From NCBI GenBank assembly GCA_023261605.1, contig JAHFOP010000003.1, forward strand, positions 1-36,781: a DNA stretch of 36,781 nucleotides, given 5' to 3'. Origin of the DNA: Candidatus Moraniibacteriota bacterium (GTDB lineage Bacteria > Patescibacteriota > Minisyncoccia > Moranbacterales > UBA2206). The stretch's first letter is position 1. Each line of letters starts with the position of its first letter. A program made the position numbers and the translations under genes. This document shows, piece by piece, positions 25,705 to 36,781 of the stretch. The notes below the pieces were generated by a model. That model was not told the DNA's origin and made no database searches. It saw only the letters and a list, made by a program, of their open reading frames with translations.

Positions 25705-27135
25705 TTAACTGATAAATTTTTTATCCCGGAACATTTCTTCTGTTACTTGAATTATAGCATAACGGCTAGTTCGGTATTCATTCCCCAAAAGAATGAGAAA
25801 AATAATAAGTAAAAGCAAGAGCCAAAGAATCACCCAAAGTAAATTATCCATAACTTGTCCGACAGTGATGACAACGCCTCCGCCCAAATTGAACAGAGGA
25901 ATTTCTTCCAAAAGAAAGCTGTTATCAGCGGACAAAAACGCCCCCTTATAGGTAGTTTCCACCAATATTTTATATTTTCCGGCTTTGAAAGCACTAGGGA
26001 TCGAGAGAGTTTTTTTAATCGGAATTCCTTCAAAAAAACTAACGTCATCATAAGTTTCAAGAGCTATCTTCCCGTCTTCATCAATGAGAAGATAGGTTAA
26101 TTTCGCTTTAATAAATTTTTCATCAAAATTTTTCATCTTAGTTTCCAAGGACAGTGTTTTCCCAGTATAGGCGATATTGCCCCAATTTTTCACTTCAACC
26201 GAAAGATTGGGCCAGGATATCCCCGGCACCGGCAAAGAAGCCCCTGGTACAGTTGCGCCACTAGGCAAATTTTCTTTTTTCTTTTTTTCCTCTTTTTTGT
26301 TTTCACCTCCCGCCTCATCCCTGCTTATTCCAAATTTCAAGCTGGCGGTTTTGTTTCTCAATCCGTTCTCTGGATCAACGGCCGTGACCCAAAAAGTGTG
26401 GTCTCCATAGTTGAATCTTATTTCTGGTCGCCATTCCCAATATCCGTTTTCGTTAGCCTGCGTTTCAACAATCATATCCGTTTTCCCCAAAACGATAATT
26501 TCGATTTTGGCATGCGGCATATTGGTCGTCCCATAAAAAGTCGGCTGTCTTTCTTTGGTGCTAAGTTCTCCGGAAAAATCGAATAAATTTGTTTTGTGAA
26601 ATCGAGTGATAACACAAGTTGGATCAATTGGCTTGGGTGGCAATTCACAACCTAAAACAGTGCCGCTAGCTTCATCGGAAGCGGTTTGCCCCAATGAATT
26701 GAAGGCGGTGACTTTATATGAATGCGTTTCCGAAGTCAAAACCGCTTCGTCATGATATATGTTTTCCACTATTCCAGAAACTAAAGGGCTTCCGTCTCTT
26801 TCAATGTCAAAATAATCCATTTGGTCATCACTGGTCCAAGAAAGCGCCAAGTAGGGAGAATTGTTTTGGCAAAGAGGAAAAACTGAAAGAATCGGCTTAT
26901 TAGGTGGGCCCAAAATTTGCATAATTAGTGTGGTGGCGCCGGCCACCCGGCCATATTTTTTTTGCAAATCGTTTTTCAAAAATCCATTGCCCAAAGATAT
27001 TCCGACTGTAACATACAAAACAACTAACACGCCGGTTGCAATACCCAAATATTTCACTATTCGTCTAAATAGAAAAAATCGTCCTACTTTTTGCGGACTA
27101 AAAAAATGCTTGGCCATTTTTACAGTTTTTTTCAT
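25705..27135 (-). CDS. Bitopic (N- and C-terminal TM) surface protein with FN3-like and Ig-like domains
   Basis: The track ORF is 25705-27168 with a GTG start. That GTG lies inside the TGTGGTAAAATAT promoter motif, so ATG at 27135 (MKKTVKMAKHFF...) is more likely. It has an FN3-like segment (YLALSWTSDD...YKVTAFNSLGQ) and an Ig-like segment (PTFYGTTNMPHAKIEIIV...HTFWVTAVD). A K/E-rich linker, a beta-sandwich-like domain and a C-terminal TM helix (LLWVILWLLLLLIIFLILL) follow. Confidence 0.6.
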   Translation of the reverse strand: MKKTVKMAKHFFSPQKVGRFFLFRRIVKYLGIATGVLVVLYVTVGISLGNGFLKNDLQKKYGRVAGATTLIMQILGPPNKPILSVFPLCQNNSPYLALSWTSDDQMDYFDIERDGSPLVSGIVENIYHDEAVLTSETHSYKVTAFNSLGQTASDEASGTVLGCELPPKPIDPTCVITRFHKTNLFDFSGELSTKERQPTFYGTTNMPHAKIEIIVLGKTDMIVETQANENGYWEWRPEIRFNYGDHTFWVTAVDPENGLRNKTASLKFGISRDEAGGENKKEEKKKKENLPSGATVPGASLPVPGISWPNLSVEVKNWGNIAYTGKTLSLETKMKNFDEKFIKAKLTYLLIDEDGKIALETYDDVSFFEGIPIKKTLSIPSAFKAGKYKILVETTYKGAFLSADNSFLLEEIPLFNLGGGVVITVGQVMDNLLWVILWLLLLLIIFLILLGNEYRTSRYAIIQVTEEMFRDKKFIS

Positions 27136-27156
27136 AGCCCTAGGTCTTAAGTAGCC

Positions 27157-27169
27157 ATATTTTACCACA
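27157..27169 (-). promoter_or_regulatory. Putative extended -10 promoter TGTGGTAAAATAT for the surface-protein operon
   Basis: The 13-mer is identical to 17314-17326. It lies downstream of the gyrB terminator and about 22 nt upstream of ATG 27135. Confidence 0.4.
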
Positions 27170-27213
27170 TTTCTTCTTTTAGATAAAATTTCGCGCGAAG
27201 AATGGGCTTATAA

Positions 27214-27238
27214 GAAGTATCTTTCAAAAAGATACTTC
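27214..27238. other. Perfect 11-bp stem / 3-nt loop hairpin (GAAGTATCTTT-CAA-AAAGATACTTC) between gyrB terminator and next promoter
   Basis: Read directly. There is no convincing U-tract on either strand, so the function is unknown. Confidence 0.4.
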
Positions 27239-27267
27239 ACAAAAAAAACTCCGAGAATTTCTCGAAG
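27239..27267 (-). terminator. Rho-independent terminator of gyrB
   Basis: The minus-strand RNA reads CUUCGAGA-AAU-UCUCGGAG (8 bp including one G-U pair) followed by U8. It sits 24 nt after the gyrB stop. Confidence 0.65.
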
Positions 27268-27291
27268 TTTTTCATTAACAATGCGAATTTT

Positions 27292-29370
<2,079 letters not shown>

Positions 29371-29401
29371 TTAGACTTTAGTCTTTTTAATGTTTTAAAA
29401 A

Positions 29402-29773
29402 TCATTCCCTACTTAAAAAATATAACTCAACCAAAAACACTCCCCCTACCACCAGCATGGCATCCCACCAGACCAACACGCGAAAGCTTTGTAAAATCAA
29501 AACTCCCACAACTATACCTGAAAGCAACACACCTTGTCGAAAACTCAGTCCCACACTGTCCGCGGCCGCTTCTTCACCTAGCAGTTTCTTGCGCAGAAAC
29601 AGGAGTAGTAAATTAAACATTCCACTGGCCGAGAAAAAAGTTGCCAAATAGAAAAGAGTAAGTCCAACCCAAGCTGAATTTTGGGGATCAATATAAACGA
29701 CAATAGCACTAAGAGCAACCAGTGAAAGCAAAGTGACGGCGCGTATTCCCCAAATATAAGCTCGGAGTGTCAT
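29402..29773 (-). CDS. Small 4-TM membrane protein, unknown function
   Basis: Track ORF of 123 aa with four hydrophobic helices. It ends 40 nt upstream of the gyrB start. Confidence 0.55.
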   Translation of the reverse strand: MTLRAYIWGIRAVTLLSLVALSAIVVYIDPQNSAWVGLTLFYLATFFSASGMFNLLLLFLRKKLLGEEAAADSVGLSFRQGVLLSGIVVGVLILQSFRVLVWWDAMLVVGGVFLVELYFLSRE

Positions 29774-29941
29774 ATTCGACTTTAAATAGGCTTAAAATAT
29801 AGCCCGTTTAACGAGGCTCTACTTGAATAATTATAGCTCTTTCGCCCTAAATTTGCAAGAGTTAATGAGATGTTAACCTCTAAATAAAAAACCGCCAAAG
29901 AAATAGTCTCCCTTTTAAAAATATACTCCGAGGCTTGTCGT

Positions 29942-29970
29942 TTGACAATAAGCAATATTTTACATAGAAT
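29942..29970 (+). promoter_or_regulatory. Sigma-70-type promoter for the tRNA cluster (TTGACA - 17 nt - TAGAAT)
   Basis: TTGACA lies at 29942-29947 and TAGAAT at 29965-29970, with an exact 17-nt spacer. It is about 37 nt upstream of the first tRNA. Confidence 0.55.
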
Positions 29971-30006
29971 AGAGAACAGTTGCTTATTATCAAGCGACAA
30001 TACTAT

Positions 30007-30080
30007 AGCGGGGTAGAGCAGTCTGGTAGCTCGGGTGGCTCATAACCACCAGGTCGTCGGTTCGAATCCGACCCCCGCAA
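30007..30080 (+). tRNA. tRNA-Met (CAU), initiator-like
   Basis: Cloverleaf folded by hand: acceptor AGCGGGG/CCCCGCA with an unpaired A1-A72, D arm GAGC-AGTCTGGTA-GCTC, anticodon loop CTCATAA and T arm GTCGG-TTCGAAT-CCGAC. It is nearly collinear with E. coli tRNA-fMet (CGCGGGG...GCTCATAACC...GGTCGTCGGTTC.AATCCG.CCCCCGCAA). No CCA is encoded. Confidence 0.85.
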
Positions 30081-30090
30081 CAAAATGAAT

Positions 30091-30164
30091 GCCAGGGTAG
30101 CTCAGTTGGTTAGAGCACAGCACTCATAACGCTGAGGTCGAGGGTTCGAATCTCTCCCCTGGTA
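30091..30164 (+). tRNA. tRNA with CAU anticodon (elongator Met, or Ile2 if lysidine-modified)
   Basis: Acceptor GCCAGGG/CCCTGGT, D arm GCTC-AGTTGGTTA-GAGC, anticodon arm CAGCA-CTCATAA-CGCTG and T arm GAGGG-TTCGAAT-CTCTC. It resembles E. coli elongator tRNA-Met. No CCA is encoded. Confidence 0.85.
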
Positions 30165-30188
30165 CGGCATAATTTTGAATGATGAGTT

Positions 30189-30262
30189 GGGGGCGTAGCT
30201 CAGTTGGTTAGAGCGACTGCCTGTCACGCAGTAGGTCACCGGTTCGAGTCCGGCCGTCCCCG
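30189..30262 (+). tRNA. tRNA-Asp (GUC)
   Basis: Acceptor GGGGGCG/CGTCCCC, D arm GCTC-AGTTGGTTA-GAGC, anticodon loop CTGTCAC, T arm ACCGG-TTCGAGT-CCGGC and discriminator G73. No CCA is encoded. Confidence 0.9.
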
Positions 30263-30287
30263 CACTAGAAAATAAATCCTGTCCAAA

Positions 30288-30320
30288 ATAAAAAGCCTTT
30301 CCGGGCTTTTTTTGTTTTTT
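30288..30320. terminator. Bidirectional rho-independent terminator between tRNA-Asp (+) and the 174-aa gene (-)
   Basis: Stem AAAGCC-TTTCCG-GGCTTT is followed by TTTTGTTTTTT on the plus strand. The minus-strand reading is followed by TTATTTT. Confidence 0.6.
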
Positions 30321-30327
30321 AGCTACA

Positions 30328-30852
30328 CTACTCCAACACCTCAAAATACCGCAAAAAGTTTTCATAATAACCGATAATTTCTTCAGCTTGTTTTTTGTCC
30401 AACTTGAAATCTTCTTCGTGGATAATCCGGTTTCGGAGGGCGTGTGCCGTGCGCAATTCTTCGATGTTGTCGATTTGCCCCGGATTGATCCCATCCAACC
30501 GTTCACTCATATTTTCTCCCGGATATTTCATGCGCGCAATCAAATCATCAATGATGTTGTCCGCTTCAATAATGGAAACTTTCCACCGCGACTCGTTGTC
30601 ACTCTGAATGCCAGTCGTAATTTTGTCCCATTTTTTGAGTAGTTTTGATTTTTTATTAATCATCTCCGGCGGAACATCCATACCAAGTTTTGTGTCTCGC
30701 ATGTCCCCGCTTACTCCACGTTGGATGAGCATAAGAATCACATCAGCCAGAAGAACCACTGAATAAATCCCCAAAATAAATTTGACCACCGCGAAAAAAG
30801 CAGAGTCATAAATCGCCCATAGCACAGTGACAATATTATTTGCAGTATCCAT
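30328..30852 (-). CDS. Membrane-anchored protein with C-terminal Rx4H (HEPN/DUF4145-like) helical domain
   Basis: Track ORF of 174 aa. It has two N-terminal TM helices (IVTVLWAIYDSAFFAVVKFILGIYSVVLLADVILMLI) and a cytoplasmic helical domain ending ELRTAHALRNRIIHEED. The family call is tentative. Confidence 0.5.
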   Translation of the reverse strand: MDTANNIVTVLWAIYDSAFFAVVKFILGIYSVVLLADVILMLIQRGVSGDMRDTKLGMDVPPEMINKKSKLLKKWDKITTGIQSDNESRWKVSIIEADNIIDDLIARMKYPGENMSERLDGINPGQIDNIEELRTAHALRNRIIHEEDFKLDKKQAEEIIGYYENFLRYFEVLE

Positions 30853-30899
30853 AATTTAGTTTTTTCCGCCAAAGGCGGATCAGCCCTTGGCTGAAGTTT

Positions 30900-32362
30900 T
30901 TAGCCGTTACTTTTACCTTTTTCATAAGCATCCGCCGCCCTGAGCAAATTTTCTTCATCAAACCATTCCCCCATCAATTGAAACCCCACTGGCAACTGCT
31001 TGCCTTCGACTTCAATCATCCCCGCCGGCACGCTTATGGCTGGCACGCCAGCAATGTTGGCTGTCACCGTAAAAATATCTTCCAAATACATGTCTACTGG
31101 ATTATTCATTTTTTCTCCGAACTTGAAAGCCGGAGTCGGCGTGATTGGAGTCAGAATTAAATCAACTTTTTTATAAGCTTCTTCAAAATCTTTTTTAATA
31201 AGCGTGCGAACTTTTTGCGCGCGCAAATAATAAGCTTCATAATATCCGGAAGAAAGAGCATATGTTCCCAGCATTATTCTTCTTTTTGCTTCTGTTCCTA
31301 ATTCATACTTTCTCGTATCCAAATAAGTTTCCAAAAGCGTCTTCGGCAATCCATCTGGATCCGTCACGTCAGTTTCCTTCTTATCATCTACACGCATACC
31401 ATATTTTATGCCGTCGTAACGAGCTAGGTTTGAGCTGATCTCGCAAGGATTAATAATATAGAAAACTGGCAAAGAGTATCTCGCGTGAGGCAATTCAATT
31501 TCTTGAATTTCCGCACCCAGTTTCTTGAATTTAGCTATCACATCTTCTATTGTTTTTTTCATTTGATCTCCCAAATTATCCAGATATTCTTTAACTATAC
31601 CTATTTTCATTCCTTTGATTTCTCCCGTCAGATAATCTTCATACCTCTTCCCGAAGCTTTGCGCGGTTGTTGCATCCATCCTGTCCTGACCGGAGATCTC
31701 ACTCAAAATAATAGCCGCGTCCTCAACGGTTTTCGACAAAACTCCTACCTGCTCCAAGCTGGAAGCGGCGGCCATAACACCATAACGGGAAACACGTCCG
31801 TAAGTAGGCTTCAAACCGACCGTTCCACAAAAAGCTGCTGGCTGACGAGTCGATCCGCCCGTATCAGTTCCCAGTGCCCAAACAGCCATATCTGCGGCTA
31901 CAGCCGCCGCCGATCCGCTGGAAGTTCCGCCAGGCACACGCGCCGTGTCATGTGGGTTTTTGGTCGGGCCATAGGCGCTTTTTTCGCCAGATGACCCCAT
32001 GGCAAATTCATCGCAATTGGTCTTGCCTAAAAAAATTGCGCCGGCTTGTTTCAGATTTTTCACAACAGTCGCATCATTTGGCGCGATATAATTATCCAAA
32101 ATTTTTGATCCGCCCGTCGCACGCACGCCCTCCAATAAAATCAAATCTTTTATACCCCCAGGAATTCCCTCCAGAAGTCCTATCTCTTCGCCCTTGGCAA
32201 TTTTTTCATCCACTTTCTCAGCTTGTTCCAAGGCTAATTCTTTCGTCAAAGTCAGATAAGCATTCAGACCCTTATCTTTTTTTTCAATCACAGCGAAATA
32301 TTGTTCGGTAAGTTCAACCGCCGTGATTTTTCTCGCTAATAATTTTTCATGCAGTTCTCTAA

Positions 32363-32366
<4 letters not shown>
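30900..32366 (-). CDS. gatA: Asp-tRNA(Asn)/Glu-tRNA(Gln) amidotransferase subunit A
   Basis: Track ORF of 488 aa with the amidase signature (GGSSGGSAAAVAA-like GGTSSGSAAAVAADMA, GTDTGGSTRQPAAFCG). It is start/stop-coupled to gatC (ATGA at 32363-32366). Confidence 0.95.
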
Positions 32367-34860
<2,494 letters not shown>

Positions 34861-34884
34861 CTAAACGTCTTGTTTGCAAAAAAA

Positions 34885-35967
34885 TTAGGTTTTGATGCAT
34901 CGAACAGAGAAACCATCAGCTTTTGAGTCCTCCATTCGGTATACGCCATTGTAACCATCTATCATCCAGCGCGCATAAGATGTAAACATACCCCCACTGT
35001 TATGTTCAGTTGACGATTGAAGAGTTGCATAAGAATTAATCCCAAAATATGAACTACTAAAGCTAAAATTCATCCCACCATTAAGCAATGAAAAATCAGA
35101 AGCGGATACAATTTTCATGTTTGTGTCAGCTCCAATGCAATCAAGAGTATAACTGCTCCGATTGGGATCACACGTTGCACCTGTTTTTAAAAAGTTTTCC
35201 AGAGTAAATAATTCAGTGTCCGATGGAATGTGCCAACCGGCCGGACAGATTCCTTGATTGGGAGCAGAAACAGCGCAAGATGTATAAAACTGGCTACAAC
35301 TATTAGGAAGACCGTTAGCCTCCGCCCACGTGTAAAGCCCACCGTATTTATTAGTATTGCAATTAGCCACCGAATCACCATAGCACCATTTGGAAACAGT
35401 ATTTGGGCTATTAAGAGTTGGTGCCGTATTATCGGGGGTAGTTGTAACATTGGGTAGCATATTTCCCACATTTAAATTTTGCCGAAACCAACATTGCGTG
35501 CCGATTTGGACAGTATCATAGTCTTGACCGCCATAGTTAACAACTTCGCCACAACCGCTCCTCGGCACCGCCGCTTCGATTGCCCGACTTTGCCCCAAAT
35601 CCGTCCCGGTTGATTTCAACTGAGTAATATTATAAATAGGCTCAGTCTGTGAAGTACAATCAATCTTAGCACCACTGGAATTATACAACTGAACATCATA
35701 GTTGCTGTTATGGATGACTCCATCTGATACTTGACAATGACTCAGCTGCTTGACAAACGTACGATTACCATTCACTATCTCATTCATTACAAACTCAATT
35801 CCAGAATCAGCCGCCTGGAAAGCCTTAGAAGAATTGGCTTCCCCCGCAACACTCTTTTGTTCTCTAATTGAAACTAAAGAAGCTGAGAGGGCGATAACGA
35901 CGATTATCGAAAGCACCATAATGGAAACTACCAACACAGAGGCTTTTGGCCTTTTGTCTGTTTTCAT
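34885..35967 (-). CDS. PilX-N-like pilus-associated protein with C-terminal Fibrobacter succinogenes major paralogous (FISUMP) domain
   Basis: Track ORF of 360 aa. The N-terminus (KASVLVVSIMVLSIIVVIALSASLVSI) resembles the PilX N-terminal domain. The C-terminal ~220 aa carry DYDTVQIGTQCWFRQNLNVG, YGGLYTWAEA, CPAGWHIPSDTELFTLENFL and GFSVRCIK. Confidence 0.7.
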   Translation of the reverse strand: MKTDKRPKASVLVVSIMVLSIIVVIALSASLVSIREQKSVAGEANSSKAFQAADSGIEFVMNEIVNGNRTFVKQLSHCQVSDGVIHNSNYDVQLYNSSGAKIDCTSQTEPIYNITQLKSTGTDLGQSRAIEAAVPRSGCGEVVNYGGQDYDTVQIGTQCWFRQNLNVGNMLPNVTTTPDNTAPTLNSPNTVSKWCYGDSVANCNTNKYGGLYTWAEANGLPNSCSQFYTSCAVSAPNQGICPAGWHIPSDTELFTLENFLKTGATCDPNRSSYTLDCIGADTNMKIVSASDFSLLNGGMNFSFSSSYFGINSYATLQSSTEHNSGGMFTSYARWMIDGYNGVYRMEDSKADGFSVRCIKT

Positions 35968-35994
35968 TTTTTTATATTCTTAGATTCAATAAAT

Positions 35995-36555
35995 TTAATT
36001 AATTATTCCGATGTAGTCAAAAAAAGAAACGGTGGTTTGCAAACTATCTTTTCCATCAATTACCATATTTATCGTTCCTCTGCCAATGACTTTTGACGGA
36101 CCAACGCTGTTAGTCGGTGTTATCAGAAATGATCCGTCCACGCTCACATCAGGGTCTAGCATCGCAATATAATTATACGTGACGGAAACAGTAGAACAAT
36201 CAACGTTAGCCGGTCCGCCGGGTGCGGCCGTATCACTAAACAGCGAACCATTAGAAAAAAGATAGCTCACGCACAGTCCGCGGGCAGAATTGAAAAAATA
36301 TATCGACTTGTTGTTTCCGGCAGTCACATAATTCAGCTGACTGCTTACCCGCATATTTTTAGCCATAGTCTGAATGACATCTCTGCCGGCGCTGATATTG
36401 TTCAAATTTTTCATGGAATTTTTACGCGCCAAAATAACGTTCGCGAAAACCGAAACAGACGCCAGCATAATAACCGAGAGGATGAATATCGCCACAATCA
36501 ATTCCACAAAAGAGAACCCCCTATAATTTTTATTTTTCCTTTTTACTTTTTTCAT
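35995..36555 (-). CDS. Type IV pilin-like / pseudopilin with prepilin N-terminal cleavage-methylation motif
   Basis: Track ORF of 186 aa. It begins KNYRG|FSFVELIVAIFILSVIMLASVSV (G-F-x-x-x-E class III signal). The PilW/GspJ-like body assignment is tentative. Confidence 0.8.
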   Translation of the reverse strand: MKKVKRKNKNYRGFSFVELIVAIFILSVIMLASVSVFANVILARKNSMKNLNNISAGRDVIQTMAKNMRVSSQLNYVTAGNNKSIYFFNSARGLCVSYLFSNGSLFSDTAAPGGPANVDCSTVSVTYNYIAMLDPDVSVDGSFLITPTNSVGPSKVIGRGTINMVIDGKDSLQTTVSFFDYIGIIN

Positions 36556-36583
36556 AGCTTTATCCTTACTTTATTCGCCTCAT

Positions 36584-36781
36584 TTATTTTTCGCCCCATT
36601 TATTTATAGTGGCCTTAGTAAAAGCACACTGGGTTAACTGATTGCAAGTGCTGTCATCAATTGGCGCTGGGAAAACATTTCCACCCGACCAAATCACCAC
36701 GCTGACTACATTAGCAAGGGTGGCAGTAGTTTTATCATTAGTGTTATAACTAATCATAAGTTTCCTTTTAAATCTAGAATT
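36584..36781 (-). CDS. Partial ORF (C-terminal >=65 codons; N-terminus may lie beyond window end), possible further pilus-associated protein
   Basis: The minus frame is open from the window edge to TAA at 36584-36586. An internal ATG at 36757, preceded by AAGGAAA, would give 57 aa, which is below the track cutoff. It reads ...MISYNTNDKTTATLANVVSVVIWSGGNVFPAPIDDSTCNQLTQCAFTKATINKWGEK. I recognised no domain. Confidence 0.35.
   Translation of the reverse strand, partial: NSRFKRKLMISYNTNDKTTATLANVVSVVIWSGGNVFPAPIDDSTCNQLTQCAFTKATINKWGEK

Noticed and set aside
29782-30000. 72-aa minus-strand ORF in the divergent intergenic region
   Set aside because: It covers the tRNA promoter (TTGACA-17-TAGAAT), has no RBS or recognisable motif, and has AT-rich, odd composition. 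It is probably non-coding.
30102-30506. 134-aa minus-strand ORF
   Set aside because: It overlaps tRNA-Met and tRNA-Asp on the opposite strand as well as the terminator. Its 5' part is out of frame with the well-supported 174-aa gene. It is spurious.
30853-30899. Two small hairpins (CCGCC-AAA-GGCGG and TCAGCC-CTT-GGCTGA) after gatA as a terminator
   Set aside because: On the transcribed (minus) strand neither stem is followed by a U-tract, and the stems are only 5-6 bp. Read-through into the 174-aa gene is more likely, so I did not call a terminator.

Overview
This is a 36.8-kb, gene-dense, moderately AT-rich window. Every protein-coding gene I can support lies on the minus strand. The only plus-strand features are three tRNAs: an initiator-like tRNA-Met, a second CAU tRNA and tRNA-Asp.

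Housekeeping genes (gyrB, and ligA-gatC-gatA with ATGA start/stop overlaps) sit inside a much larger set of cell-envelope genes:
(i) A secreted tail-fibre-like repeat protein of at least 1,818 codons fills 1-5456. It is missing from the supplied ORF track because it runs off the window.
(ii) A membrane-tethered HTH protein.
(iii) An apparent operon of a MacB/FtsX-type ABC ATPase and permease, a 2,579-aa FN3/Ig-like adhesin and a membrane TPR protein.
(iv) A locus resembling Firmicute csc/WxL cell-surface-complex clusters. It has two WxL-like proteins and a DUF916/DUF3324-like protein fused to LysM and LytR_C-like modules. It is interleaved with a polyprenyl-phosphate-sugar glycosylation operon (Dpm1/Ppm1-like GT2, DUF2079, SAM methyltransferase, GT-C-like membrane protein).
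(v) A type IV pilin-like module whose PilX-like protein carries a Fibrobacter-type (FISUMP) C-terminal domain.

The gene content and style suggest a monoderm, small-genome bacterium of the Patescibacteria/CPR type: standard code with TGA stops, giant surface proteins, pilins and small membrane proteins. That placement is inference. I saw no transposase, integrase, CRISPR array, rRNA or phage structural module. All domain calls come from motif recognition by eye and none has been checked by HMM or BLAST.
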